In this document: positions 1-8,996 of the stretch, piece by piece
Numbering within the stretch: the first letter of the stretch is position 1
Layout of the letters: each line of letters starts with the position of its first letter
Source of the DNA: Deltaproteobacteria bacterium
Lineage (GTDB): Bacteria; Desulfobacterota; Binatia; Binatales; Binataceae
Reading direction: 5' to 3'
DNA: 27,396 nt
Assembly (NCBI GenBank): GCA_027317185.1
Contig: DAHVFB010000048.1
Coordinates: 1-27,396 of the forward strand
Notes under the pieces: generated by a model
The model's database searches: none
What the model was told of the DNA's origin: nothing
What the model saw: the letters and a program-made list of their open reading frames with translations, nothing else
Program-made: the position numbers and the translations under genes

Positions 1-563
1 TTCCAATCGTGAATTGAGCGCAGCTTTCACCCGCCGGATAGTGCCGAGCAGCGCGGACAGGCCTTCGAGCGCGTAGTACTCACATTGAAGCGGAATTAAC
101 ACGGTATCGGCCGCGACCAGAGCGTTCAGGGTGAGCAAGCCAAGAGACGGCGGCGAATCTATTAGAACGTAGTTATATTGCTGTTCCGAGGCTAACAGGG
201 CGGTTAGTTTTTGCTCGCGTCCCTCGGCGGTGGCCAGCTCGATCTCGGCACCAACCAAATCCGAACTCGCCGGCGCCAGCATCAGATTATCTCTGACCTG
301 TTTGAGCACCTCCGAAATGGACTTGCGATCGATCAGGGCGTCATAAATTGTGGCTTGCGGAGCGGCATTCTTACGATCAGCCGCGTCTTTAGCCAAACCC
401 GAGGTGGCATTCCCCTGCGGATCGAGATCGATCAGCAATACGCTCGCGCCGGATTGCGCCAGCGCGACCGCCACGTTGATGGCCGTCGTGGTTTTGCCAA
501 CCCCCCCTTTTTGATTGGAGATCGCGATGACACGCCTCACAACACCACCCAACCTCCCGCTCA
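1..563 (-). CDS. parA: Chromosome partitioning ATPase ParA/Soj (5' portion; gene continues beyond window start)
   Basis: Minus-strand translation from ATG ~563 gives MSGRLGGVVRRVIAISNQKGGVGKTTTAINVAVALAQSGASVLLIDLDPQGNATSGL...LIDSPPSLGLLTLNAL... It has the deviant Walker A motif KGGVGKTT and the DLDPQGN motif typical of ParA/Soj/MinD-type ATPases. An alternative GTG start lies at ~541. It sits downstream of rsmG as in canonical origin clusters. Confidence 0.85.
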
Positions 564-625
564 TTAGCGCGATCATCGCCGTGTCCGATGGAGCGGACAC
601 CTGCGCTCGAAGTGAAGACTATCTT

Positions 626-641
626 CGTTTCACGTGAAACG
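626..641. promoter_or_regulatory. parS: parS centromere-like site (CGTTTCACGTGAAACG; 14-bp perfect palindrome GTTTCACGTGAAAC)
   Basis: It matches the canonical 16-bp parS consensus tGTTTCACGTGAAACa at the 14 central positions. It lies in the intergenic region just upstream of parA (minus strand). Confidence 0.75.
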
Positions 642-739
642 ATCCAATTTCCTGTGAAAATGTTAAACCAACTTTTCGCGTATAAAGCAAACGAAGCGGC
701 GAACAACCCTCCACTGGCGCCGATCGCCGCAGGCATTTC

Positions 740-1915
740 TTATGAAGCCTTGCGCGTTGAGGCCTTTTCGGAGACTGGTATTTTGTAGAAAGCCGAAGCA
801 TTGCCGACCAGCAGCCGATACTTGTCTTCGATACTGATGTCCTCGCGCTTTTGAAACTCGATTGCGCCGGCAATTTCCCGGTCGGCATGTGGAATGTCCG
901 AGGCCCACATGAAACATTGTGCGCCAAATTTCTCGATACAGTACGGCAGCAGACCTTCGTCACCCTCAAAACCCACGTATATATTCCCGCGCCGGAAGTA
1001 TTCCATCGGTTCGAGCTTCGCGTGGTAGCCAAAAAAACCCGGATCGTCCATCGCGGTATCCAACGGACGTCCCGCAGCGACCCGTGACCTCATCCGTTGC
1101 GGCGCGATACGCTCTTCCAGCCGCTCCATGCGCCACGGCAGCCATGAGCATCCCAGCTCCAGGAACGCCACCCTTAAATTCGGATGCCGGTCGAACAGGC
1201 CCGACGGGATCATCGCGTCGAAGGCCATCAGCGACGTGTAATGGAAACCCGCCAATCCCAATGGCGTGCAATAGCCGACGTGAATTCCCAGCGCCAGATT
1301 GACCTTTTCGGCGGTTTCGAAGATCGGCTCGTAACGCGGCATCAGTATCGAATCGACCCCGACCATCGGTGGAATCATCACTCCCGCCGCTCCGAGCTTT
1401 TTACTGCGCGCCATTTCGCGCGCGGCCTCAGCCGGATCGTTGGCGTCAACTACCGACACCCAGCGCAGACGTCCACCCGACTCGCCGCAAACATCGGCCA
1501 TCCAGTTGTTATAGGACCGGCATAGCGCCGCTTCGAGCAGGACATCATCGGACAAAGGCCGCGTGATGAAGAGCGTCGGATAAATGATCGAGACGTCAAT
1601 TCCCTCGGCATCCATTAGGTCGAGCCGGGCTTTGGCGCCCCGCAACTCGAGCACTTCGAGTGTTTCAGGCTTCTTTTGAATCCCATCATAGCGGGCCCCG
1701 CCCATACTGACTGGCGAGCCGTGAAAATTGCGCAGCTTGCCATAGAGCGAAGGATGGACGGTTGAATCGATCAGCCAATGCACATGGTTATTCGACAGAA
1801 TCACCTTGGGCTTTCGATCAGCAAAGGCTGGATCGAAGTATTTATCGGCAAAGGTGCCCTCCCACTCGATCACGTGGCCGTCAGCATCCCAGGCCTTAAT
1901 CAAATCGCTCACCAC
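740..1915 (-). CDS. Amidohydrolase-2 family metal-dependent hydrolase (TIM-barrel, ACMSD-like)
   Basis: 391-aa ORF with an N-terminal HxH metal-binding motif (NNHVHW). Its length and conserved Asp/His pattern resemble PF04909 amidohydrolase-2 proteins. It is inserted between rsmG and parA. Confidence 0.6.
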   Translation of the reverse strand: MVSDLIKAWDADGHVIEWEGTFADKYFDPAFADRKPKVILSNNHVHWLIDSTVHPSLYGKLRNFHGSPVSMGGARYDGIQKKPETLEVLELRGAKARLDLMDAEGIDVSIIYPTLFITRPLSDDVLLEAALCRSYNNWMADVCGESGGRLRWVSVVDANDPAEAAREMARSKKLGAAGVMIPPMVGVDSILMPRYEPIFETAEKVNLALGIHVGYCTPLGLAGFHYTSLMAFDAMIPSGLFDRHPNLRVAFLELGCSWLPWRMERLEERIAPQRMRSRVAAGRPLDTAMDDPGFFGYHAKLEPMEYFRRGNIYVGFEGDEGLLPYCIEKFGAQCFMWASDIPHADREIAGAIEFQKREDISIEDKYRLLVGNASAFYKIPVSEKASTRKAS

Positions 1916-1943
1916 ACTATCCTTTCGTTAGGGGTTTGATGAA

Positions 1944-2747
1944 TCAGGTCTTGCGCCACAATACTAACGCTCGCCTGACCGATTCTCCATCGCGCGATAG
2001 TTCATAGCTGTCGTCAGTGACCAACTGCAATCCAGCGGCTTGCGATTCAGCCATCTCAGCCGCCTGTCGCGAGCTGGCATATAGCATCGCGATACCGCCG
2101 GGCTTAAGCGCTGCGCGGGCCACTGCATGGAAATCGCCGGCATCGCCGACCGCGCGCGTCGTCACCAAGTGGTATTTGGCTTCAAAGGTACGCGGGGTAG
2201 CGCGATCGCCCATGACGGTCAGATCGAACAGGCCTAGTTCCTCGGCCGTCACCGCCAGAAAACTGGCGCGTTTGCGGCGTGACTCGCATAAAGTGAAATG
2301 CGCGCGGGATGCAGCGGCCAGCACCAGGCCGGGGAAACCGGCTCCGCTGCCGAGATCGAGCACCTCGCTATCGGGAGTAAAGGCCTTGGCGAGGGCCGGG
2401 ATCTTGCCGCGATCTGACATCACATACGGCATCAAACTGTCGATCACATGAAACGCGAGGTCGTCGGCATCCGAGGGTCTCGCGGTCAAACTCATTTTTT
2501 CGCCCCACACCGCCAGCAACACGCCGTACATCCTGATACGCGCGAAGAACGCCGGTGGCAATTCGAGATCGAGGCGCGAAACTTCCGCTTGCACAATCTC
2601 GCTGACCGCGCTTCCGATCGCTTCGGGGTCAAGTACGCCCGGACGGCAGCGCGCGGATGCGGATTTGATGGGTTTGGATTTCGGAAGGCTTCGGGTTTCA
2701 CGTGAAACATCCGAGGTCAAGGCTCTACGCGGCACGACCGCCTCCAC
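1944..2747 (-). CDS. rsmG: 16S rRNA (guanine527-N7)-methyltransferase RsmG/GidB (ORF as drawn; true start probably internal, ~2600-2650, so the first ~35-50 codons are likely not translated)
   Basis: It has the SAM-binding motif LDLGSGAGFPGLVLA and an RsmG-like N-terminal helix (...YGVLLAVWGEKMSLTA). Typical RsmG is ~210 aa whereas the ORF is 267 aa. It lies immediately downstream of mnmG as in gidA-gidB operons. Confidence 0.8.
   Translation of the reverse strand: MEAVVPRRALTSDVSRETRSLPKSKPIKSASARCRPGVLDPEAIGSAVSEIVQAEVSRLDLELPPAFFARIRMYGVLLAVWGEKMSLTARPSDADDLAFHVIDSLMPYVMSDRGKIPALAKAFTPDSEVLDLGSGAGFPGLVLAAASRAHFTLCESRRKRASFLAVTAEELGLFDLTVMGDRATPRTFEAKYHLVTTRAVGDAGDFHAVARAALKPGGIAMLYASSRQAAEMAESQAAGLQLVTDDSYELSRDGESVRRALVLWRKT
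2694..2709. promoter_or_regulatory. parS: parS centromere-like site (GGTTTCACGTGAAACA)
   Basis: 15/16 match to the consensus TGTTTCACGTGAAACA. It lies at the mnmG-rsmG junction, inside the dubious 5' extension of the rsmG ORF. Confidence 0.75.
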
Positions 2748-4593
2748 TTTTGATATGAATCGCCAAAATCGAGATGGCCGCGGGAGTCACCCCTGGCATC
2801 CGCGCCGCCTGGCCCAAAGAGCGCGGACGCGTCGACGACAGCCGCTCTCGTACCTCGGTCGAAAGCCCTGGCACCAGTTCATAGTCAATTGAACCTGGAA
2901 TCTGGGTATCTTCGAGACGTTTGAAGCGCTCGATCGACTCGTTCTGCCGCCGAACATAGCCCGCGTACTTCACTTCGATTTCGAGCTCGGCTTCCTCATC
3001 GAGATTGAGTGCGCTCTCCAAACCGGCCATCTTCAACACCGACCGATACGAACTTTCGGGCCGCCGCAGCAATTCGATCGCTCGGACCGCCTGCGAAATC
3101 GGCGCCGATCCCATCTCCGCCAATTCCATATTTACGGCCGCAGTCGGATAAATAATCGTTTTTGAATATCGTTCTATTTCCGTACTCACGCGCGCGGTCT
3201 TCAGATCGACCCCGGCGGCATTGGCGGCGTCAAGCAACCCAAGCTGCAAGCCGATTTGCGATAACCGACGATCGGCGTTGTCCTCCCGCAACGTCAGACG
3301 GTACTCCGCGCGCGAGGTAAACATCCGGTATGGCTCGCCGCCGATACCCCGCGTCACCAGGTCGTCGATCATCACGCCGATGTAGGCCTGATCGCGCCGC
3401 AGTATCAGCGCATCTTCGCCACGCAATTTCAGCACCGCGTTGATCCCGGCCATCAGTCCCTGTGCCGCGGCCTCTTCGTAGCCGGTGGTGCCGTTGATCT
3501 GCCCCGCCATGAACAGCCCCGCTATCAGCCGCGTTTCAAGTGACGGACCAAGCTGACGAGGGTCGGAAAAGTCGTACTCGATCGCATAGCCGGGGCGCAT
3601 TATCTCAGCATTTTCAAGCCCTTCGATGGAACGCACCATCGCGATCTGCACATCGAGCGGCAAACTGGTGGAGAGTCCGTTGGGATAAACCTCGACCGTA
3701 TCGCGGCCTTCGGGCTCGAGAAAAATGTGATGGCGATCCTTGTCGCGAAATCGCATCACCTTGTCTTCAATCGAGGGACAGTAACGCGGACCACGGCTCG
3801 AAATCACGCCGGAATACATCGGCGAGCGATCGATTCCGCTCCGAATCAGTTCGTGAGTACGAAGATTAGTATAGGTCAGATGGCAAGGGAGCTGTTCCCG
3901 TTCAATCCGTTCGGTGCGAAACGAGAACGGCGGCGGCGGCGTGTCGCCGGGCTGCAACTCAAGTTTCGCGTAATCGATCGTGCGCGCGTCGAGGCGCGGA
4001 CAGGTCCCGGTCTTGAGCCTTCCAATTGTAAAACCTAGTTCTGAAAGATGCCCGCTGAGGCCCATCGCAGCGAAATCACCAGCTCTTCCCGCCGAATAAT
4101 TTTTCAAGCCGACGTGAATCAAGCCCTTCAGAAAGGTGCCGGTGGTGAGGATCACCGTTTTGGCTTCGAACTCTTCGCCGATCTGAGACTCGACCCCACG
4201 GATGGTCCCGTCCTCGACCATCAGGCGTTCGACCGAGGCCTGACGGATATTCAGATTCGGGGTGTTTTCCAGCACGCGCTTCATGCGGCTGCGGTAGGCC
4301 GCTTTATCCGCCTGGGCGCGCCGCGCACGCACGGCCGGCCCCTTGCGCGTATTCAGAAAACGGAACTGAATCCCGGTTTCGTCGATTGCAAGGCCCATCT
4401 CGCCGCCGAGCGCGTCGATTTCGCGCACCAGGTGGCCCTTGCCGATGCCGCCGATCGCCGGATTGCACGACATCTGACCGATATGGTCAAGGTTGAGCGT
4501 GAGCATCAACGTCGCCGCGCCCATCCGGGCCGCCGCCAGGGCAGCCTCGATCCCGGCATGGCCGGCGCCCACCACGATTACATCGTACTGCAT
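2725..4593 (-). CDS. mnmG: tRNA uridine-5-carboxymethylaminomethyl modification enzyme MnmG/GidA
   Basis: 622 aa. The N-terminal FAD-binding motif MQYDVIVVGAGHAGIEAALAAARMGA and the length are typical of GidA. It is flanked by mnmE and rsmG. Confidence 0.93.
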   Translation of the reverse strand: MQYDVIVVGAGHAGIEAALAAARMGAATLMLTLNLDHIGQMSCNPAIGGIGKGHLVREIDALGGEMGLAIDETGIQFRFLNTRKGPAVRARRAQADKAAYRSRMKRVLENTPNLNIRQASVERLMVEDGTIRGVESQIGEEFEAKTVILTTGTFLKGLIHVGLKNYSAGRAGDFAAMGLSGHLSELGFTIGRLKTGTCPRLDARTIDYAKLELQPGDTPPPPFSFRTERIEREQLPCHLTYTNLRTHELIRSGIDRSPMYSGVISSRGPRYCPSIEDKVMRFRDKDRHHIFLEPEGRDTVEVYPNGLSTSLPLDVQIAMVRSIEGLENAEIMRPGYAIEYDFSDPRQLGPSLETRLIAGLFMAGQINGTTGYEEAAAQGLMAGINAVLKLRGEDALILRRDQAYIGVMIDDLVTRGIGGEPYRMFTSRAEYRLTLREDNADRRLSQIGLQLGLLDAANAAGVDLKTARVSTEIERYSKTIIYPTAAVNMELAEMGSAPISQAVRAIELLRRPESSYRSVLKMAGLESALNLDEEAELEIEVKYAGYVRRQNESIERFKRLEDTQIPGSIDYELVPGLSTEVRERLSSTRPRSLGQAARMPGVTPAAISILAIHIKSGGGRAA

Positions 4594-4637
4594 AAGTGAA
4601 TTAGCCGATTGGATTATGGTATCCAGCGCACGCCCGC

Positions 4638-4659
4638 AAAAGCCAGCGACGCGGCTTTT
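4638..4659 (-). terminator. Hairpin between mnmE and mnmG (AAAAGCC-N8-GGCTTTT), an intrinsic-terminator/attenuator-like structure
   Basis: A 7-bp perfect inverted repeat with an 8-nt loop sits in the 168-bp mnmE-mnmG spacer. On the minus strand the stem is followed by UUUUGCGGG. Confidence 0.35.
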
Positions 4660-4761
4660 CGCGAAACCTGCGCAAATCAGCTTAACTATGGACTACCAGC
4701 TTTGCCATCACTGTCGCGCAGCATTCGGGTATTGCCGGTTCCGTGATCGATTTTGTTTGAT

Positions 4762-6150
4762 TTATTTGCCGATGCAGAACTCGCGGAAGATAACATCGAG
4801 CACGTCTTCCGAGTCCACCGCGCCGGTAATCGCCGTCAGCGCCTCGGATGCGAGGGTCACCTCGACCGCGACAATTTCGGGCGGCATGCCGTCGAGCGCC
4901 GCCTGCCGCGCCGATCGCAGCAGTTCGATTGCCCGGGCCAGCGCCTCGCGATGGCGTTCGCGTGAAATCGCCACCGTGTCGGTCAGTCCCTCGCCAGTGG
5001 CCGCTTCAATCTGATGAAGAATCGCATCGCGAAGCTCGTCCACTCCCTGCGCGCGCAGGGCCGAAAACCGAATTATCGGCGCGGTCACGCCGCGATCATT
5101 AAACTGTCTCTCGCTCGCCGAGGGCGGCAGATCCGATTTATTGAGCAGCGCGATACCTGCCCGATTCGCCAGCAGTTCCATCACCCGGAAATCATCCGCT
5201 TGAAGCGCTTCAGAGGAATCGAACACCGCGATCAGCAGGTCGGCGTCGCGGGCGCGTTCGAGCGCGCGCTCGATACCAATCCGCTCGACCTGATCGCCCG
5301 CTTCACGGATCCCGGCCGTGTCCTGCAACACCACCGGGTAACCGCCAAGCTGGAGAGTATCCTCGATCACGTCGCGCGTGGTGCCGGGTATCGGAGTGAC
5401 GATCGCGCGTTCGATACCGAGCATCAGGTTAAGGATGCTCGACTTGCCCACGTTGGGACGCCCGATAATCGCCGCCCGAATGCCCTCGCGGGCGATTCGT
5501 CCGCGATCGAAGGTCGCGTGCAGCGCCGCAACGTCCTCGATCAGCGCTTCAATCTCCGCCGCGATCTGAGCGCGCGAGGGCAGCTTCAGGTCCTCGTCGG
5601 AAAAATCGATCTCGGCTTCCAGATGGGCGCGAATCGCCAGCACCTGGCCGCGCAGACCGTCGACGCGAACAGCCAGCGCACCGTTAAGCTGCCCCAGCGC
5701 CAGCGTCAGCGCCCGCTCGCCGCGCGCCTCGATCAGATCGCGAATCGCTTCGGCCTCAGTCAAATCGATGCGCCCGTTCAAAAATGCCCGCCGGGTGAAT
5801 TCGCCGCGCTCAGCCAGCCGCGCGCCAGCCGCGACCGCCAGTCCGGCGACGCGTCGTATCAGGTAGGCGCCGCCATGGCAGTGCAGCTCCGCAACATCCT
5901 CGCCGGTGAAGCTTTTCGGCTGCGGAAAGAAGACCGCCATTGCGCGATCGATACCCGCGCCGCCGCGCGGATCGCGAATTTCGCCCAGCCGCAGCACGCG
6001 CGCCGCAGCACCATTCGGGATGGCGCCGCCGAGCGGGGTCCAGATCAGCTTGACGATACTGAAGGCCGCGGGCCCCGAGAGCCGCACGATACCGACCGCC
6101 CCGGTTCCGGGCGGCGTTATCGGCGCGACGATAGTATCTTCGAAGTACAT
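4762..6150 (-). CDS. mnmE: tRNA modification GTPase MnmE/TrmE
   Basis: 462 aa. It has a G-domain (GRPNVGKSSILN, DTAGIRE) and the hallmark C-terminal CIGK tetrapeptide. Confidence 0.93.
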   Translation of the reverse strand: MYFEDTIVAPITPPGTGAVGIVRLSGPAAFSIVKLIWTPLGGAIPNGAAARVLRLGEIRDPRGGAGIDRAMAVFFPQPKSFTGEDVAELHCHGGAYLIRRVAGLAVAAGARLAERGEFTRRAFLNGRIDLTEAEAIRDLIEARGERALTLALGQLNGALAVRVDGLRGQVLAIRAHLEAEIDFSDEDLKLPSRAQIAAEIEALIEDVAALHATFDRGRIAREGIRAAIIGRPNVGKSSILNLMLGIERAIVTPIPGTTRDVIEDTLQLGGYPVVLQDTAGIREAGDQVERIGIERALERARDADLLIAVFDSSEALQADDFRVMELLANRAGIALLNKSDLPPSASERQFNDRGVTAPIIRFSALRAQGVDELRDAILHQIEAATGEGLTDTVAISRERHREALARAIELLRSARQAALDGMPPEIVAVEVTLASEALTAITGAVDSEDVLDVIFREFCIGK

Positions 6151-6428
6151 TGCAGAGTGGATTGTCCGGCGCGGATCGGCCGGACGTATGACGATTCAGT
6201 TTGATCCAGCCGCCGGCGCAGGGTAATTTTGCGTTCCATTGTAATGTTGCCGGGGCCGCTTGCGAAATCGAGCTGAGCTGGCAATCGTTGGTAGTCGCTC
6301 CGGGTATTCGCTCCATCTTAAAACCCACGATCGGATGGCCGCGCGAGTTCGCCGCGGACCTGCGCCGGAGAAAATTCGCATCCCGAGAGCTTGCCCGCTC
6401 TGGCCGGGTATGGTTCGATGGCGAGCAC

Positions 6429-6456
6429 TGCGAAACGAACAAAAGTCTGATATAAA
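6429..6456 (+). promoter_or_regulatory. Candidate sigma70-type promoter for rpmH/rnpA (TGCGAA-16 nt-TATAAA), overlapping the near-direct repeat AAAAGTCTGA/AAAAGTCAGA
   Basis: Hexamers with a 16-nt spacer lie ~45-60 nt upstream of the rnpA/rpmH starts. This is sequence inspection only. Confidence 0.25.
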
Positions 6457-6500
6457 AGTCAGAATACAACTTGCCGGCCGTCTGAGCCGGAGCGTGAAAA

Positions 6501-7031
6501 TTGGCCTTAACTGATGAAAAGGACTTATCAACCCCACAATCGGCGACGAAAACGAACCCACGGCTTTCTGGCGCGAATGGCGACGCCGGGAGGGCGGGCG
6601 GTGATAAAACGCCGCCGCAACAAGGGCCGCAAGCGGCTGGCGATATCGATTCCGCCGAAGCAGCCCGGCTAGGCCGGCGGCCCGAGAGTTTTAGCTCTGC
6701 CGATCGTATACGCCGGCGAGCAGAATTTCTCCGGCTCCAACGCTACGGAATTCGAGTACAGAGCGATCATTTCGTCCTGTATGCAATACGTTTTGCGGCG
6801 GGCGAACCCTCGCGGCTGGGAATCACGGTATCGCGGCAGGTTGGCCAGGCGGTCGTCCGTAATCGTATCAAGCGGCGCGTGCGCGAGTGTTTTCGGCGCT
6901 CGATTAGATCGACGATACCTGCCGGAATCGGTATGGTGGTGATTGCCAGGAGGGGTGCCGGAACGCTCGATTTTGCGACGATACGTTCCGAGCTTGGAAC
7001 AGCAGCCTTCAGAATCGGTCAAAACCTTTGA
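6501..7031 (+). CDS. rnpA: Ribonuclease P protein component RnpA (TTG start; N-terminal ~60 aa overlaps rpmH in another frame)
   Basis: The conserved RnpA core is [26 protein letters not shown]...[27 protein letters not shown]. There is no ATG/GTG/TTG in frame between the rpmH stop and this conserved core. The only canonical in-frame start is TTG 6501, with GGAG 8 nt upstream. Confidence 0.75.
   Translation: MALTDEKDLSTPQSATKTNPRLSGANGDAGRAGGDKTPPQQGPQAAGDIDSAEAARLGRRPESFSSADRIRRRAEFLRLQRYGIRVQSDHFVLYAIRFAAGEPSRLGITVSRQVGQAVVRNRIKRRVRECFRRSIRSTIPAGIGMVVIARRGAGTLDFATIRSELGTAAFRIGQNL
6514..6672 (+). CDS. rpmH: 50S ribosomal protein L34
   Basis: 52-aa [55 protein letters not shown], a near-universal L34 sequence. 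It is below the ORF-track size cut-off, so it was found by manual translation. Confidence 0.92.
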   Translation: MKRTYQPHNRRRKRTHGFLARMATPGGRAVIKRRRNKGRKRLAISIPPKQPG

Positions 7032-7330
7032 ATATCGACTCAAATGCGTCCTGCCCTTACGTGCGATCCTTGACCGGTCGCGTCGCGTGCGCGATCGCGT
7101 TGTCGACGCTCAGTTTATACCGCATTATTGTCTCGCCACTTTTGAGCGCCGTGCTTGGTCATGCATGCCGTTTCGATCCGACCTGCTCGGTTTACGCCCA
7201 TGATGCGATTGCGAACCATGGCGTTGCGCGCGGCGCCTGGCTGGCGATCAGGCGACTTTTGCGCTGCCGTCCGGGCGGCGGATGGGGCTACGATCCCGCG
7301 CCGCATACGGGATCAATCGCACAGCTCTGA
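7028..7330 (+). CDS. yidD: Membrane protein insertion efficiency factor YidD
   Basis: [11 protein letters not shown]...[17 protein letters not shown] matches the YidD/hemolytic-domain signature (CRF.P[ST]CS.Y...RC[HR]P.GG.G.DP.P). The TTG 7028 overlaps the rnpA stop (TTGA). An alternative GTG start lies at 7061. Confidence 0.85.
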   Translation: MNIDSNASCPYVRSLTGRVACAIALSTLSLYRIIVSPLLSAVLGHACRFDPTCSVYAHDAIANHGVARGAWLAIRRLLRCRPGGGWGYDPAPHTGSIAQL

Positions 7331-7340
7331 CGGAGATTAA

Positions 7341-8996
7341 TTGGATTCTCGCACATTGATTGTCGTCCTGCTTTCGATCGGCCTCATCTTCGCCTATCAA
7401 GAGTTGGTTCTGAAGCGGCTGTATCCGCCGCACAAACAAGTCGAGCAGGCGCAGAGTATCGCCAGCCCGGAGGGCGCCGGACCGCAATCGGATGCGGCCG
7501 GCGGCGGATCGTCCGCCCAGATTGCCGCCAATTCGATGATCGGCGCCGCGAACCTCGCGCCGCGCACGATCGAGATCGACACCCACCTGTATCAGGCGGT
7601 CCTGACCACCAGGGGCGGACGGTTGCTCAGTCTGCGGCTGAAGGACTTTCGCGAAACCGCCGCGCCGGGCAGTCCCTGGTACGAGATGGTACCGACTGCG
7701 CCCGGCGGCAAGCTGCCGTTGGGATTAGTGGTCAATCGCGCCGGTACGACGCTGACCGATTCCGCGCTCGATTATGCGACCGACGCGCCCGCGCGGCTCG
7801 ATGCCACTGCGGGACACCCGGTAACCATCACCTTCCGCGCGAAAACCCACGATGGCCTCGCAGTCGAGAAATCCCTGATTTTTCGTGATGACAGCTACGC
7901 CTTCGACCTCGATGCCGCGATCACGGGCGAGACCACCGGCCTCACCCAGACCGGCTTCGGCATCAGTCAGCCGCTGACCAAGCATGCCGGCTACGCCGAC
8001 ATCCCGGAGCTGCAGGCCGAGGTTCAGGGTAAGACGCTCACCGAGCGAGAAAAGGCGCTGGAAAAGGGCGCGGCGCCCGCCAGCGGCCAGATCACCTATG
8101 CCGGCTTCGGCGATCGGTACTTCCTCTCCGTTTATCTGCCGATTGCCCCAAACAGCGGCACGCTGCAGATGAGCTATGGCGGCGATGAAGCGCAGGCTCG
8201 AATTCTTTTCGACCGCACGGCCAAAATCAGCACGGCCGTTTACATGGGTCCCAAGAAGCTCGAGATCCTGGAGCAGGTCAATCCGTCGCTGAGCAAGGCC
8301 ATCGATTTCGGCTATCTCGGGATAATCGCGCTGCCGCTGCTGCGTACATTAAAATTATTTTATTATGTCGGCCACAATTACGGGATTGCTATTATCCTGC
8401 TGACTTTGGTGGTGCGGGCGCTTACGCTGCCGATGTCGATCAAAGGGCAGCGCTCGATGATGCGGATGCAGCGGCTACAGCCCCAGGTGGAACGGATTCG
8501 GGAGAAATTCAAGGACGATCAGGAGCGGCTTAATCGCGAAATGGTCGATCTGTACAAACGCAATCACGTTAACCCGCTCGGCGGATGCCTGCCGATGGTG
8601 ATCCAACTACCGATCCTGTATGGGCTGTACGAGGCCTTTCTGAACGCTTTCGAGCTGCGGCAGGCGCCGTTTATCGGATGGATCAGGGATCTTTCGGCGC
8701 CCGATTGTCTAACCATACCGGGGATGCCGGCGCTGCCGTGGACCGCCTGTCACGGCATCCCTGTGCTGGTAATTCTGCTAGCGATAACCTCGTTATCGCA
8801 GCAGTGGCTCTCGCCCAAGCAGCCCGACCCCAATCAGCAGAAAATGATGATGTACATGCCGGTTGCATTCAGTCTAATCTTCATTAATCTGCCAGCCGGG
8901 CTTACGTTGTACTATTTATCGTCAAACGTGCTCGGTATTTTGCAACAGGTTTTTCTAAACTACGAATTTAAACAGTACACCCCCGCGACGACATGA
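7341..8996 (+). CDS. yidC: Membrane protein insertase YidC
   Basis: 551 aa. It has an N-terminal TM anchor, a large periplasmic domain, and the conserved C-terminal TM core (…PLLRTL…GCLPMVIQLPILYGLY…YYLSSNVLGILQQ). Confidence 0.92.
   Translation: MDSRTLIVVLLSIGLIFAYQELVLKRLYPPHKQVEQAQSIASPEGAGPQSDAAGGGSSAQIAANSMIGAANLAPRTIEIDTHLYQAVLTTRGGRLLSLRLKDFRETAAPGSPWYEMVPTAPGGKLPLGLVVNRAGTTLTDSALDYATDAPARLDATAGHPVTITFRAKTHDGLAVEKSLIFRDDSYAFDLDAAITGETTGLTQTGFGISQPLTKHAGYADIPELQAEVQGKTLTEREKALEKGAAPASGQITYAGFGDRYFLSVYLPIAPNSGTLQMSYGGDEAQARILFDRTAKISTAVYMGPKKLEILEQVNPSLSKAIDFGYLGIIALPLLRTLKLFYYVGHNYGIAIILLTLVVRALTLPMSIKGQRSMMRMQRLQPQVERIREKFKDDQERLNREMVDLYKRNHVNPLGGCLPMVIQLPILYGLYEAFLNAFELRQAPFIGWIRDLSAPDCLTIPGMPALPWTACHGIPVLVILLAITSLSQQWLSPKQPDPNQQKMMMYMPVAFSLIFINLPAGLTLYYLSSNVLGILQQVFLNYEFKQYTPATT

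Noticed and set aside
1944-2747. Long N-terminal extension of the rsmG ORF (first ~35-50 codons)
   Set aside because: The extension runs through a consensus parS site and the mnmG stop region, and RsmG homologues are ~60 aa shorter. This is probably not translated, so it is reported as an uncertain start rather than a novel domain.
5014-6204. 396-aa plus-strand ORF antisense to mnmE, and a 219-aa minus-strand ORF at 5810-6469
   Set aside because: It is antisense to or shifted relative to MnmE, which has unambiguous motifs and the CIGK C-terminus. Its composition is Arg-rich.
6400-6440. tRNA-like T-loop motif GGTTCGATGG in the spacer upstream of rpmH
   Set aside because: No acceptor or anticodon stem complementarity could be built around it, and the T-loop consensus (GTTCRANYC) is not satisfied.
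6151-6513. Possible oriC / DnaA boxes in the mnmE-rpmH divergent spacer (e.g. AGTGGATTG at ~6156) and at 24583 (TTATCCAAT)
   Set aside because: There are no matches within 1 mismatch of TTATCCACA/TGTGGATAA. The isolated 2-3-mismatch hits are expected by chance, and the 24583 hit is inside a coding region.
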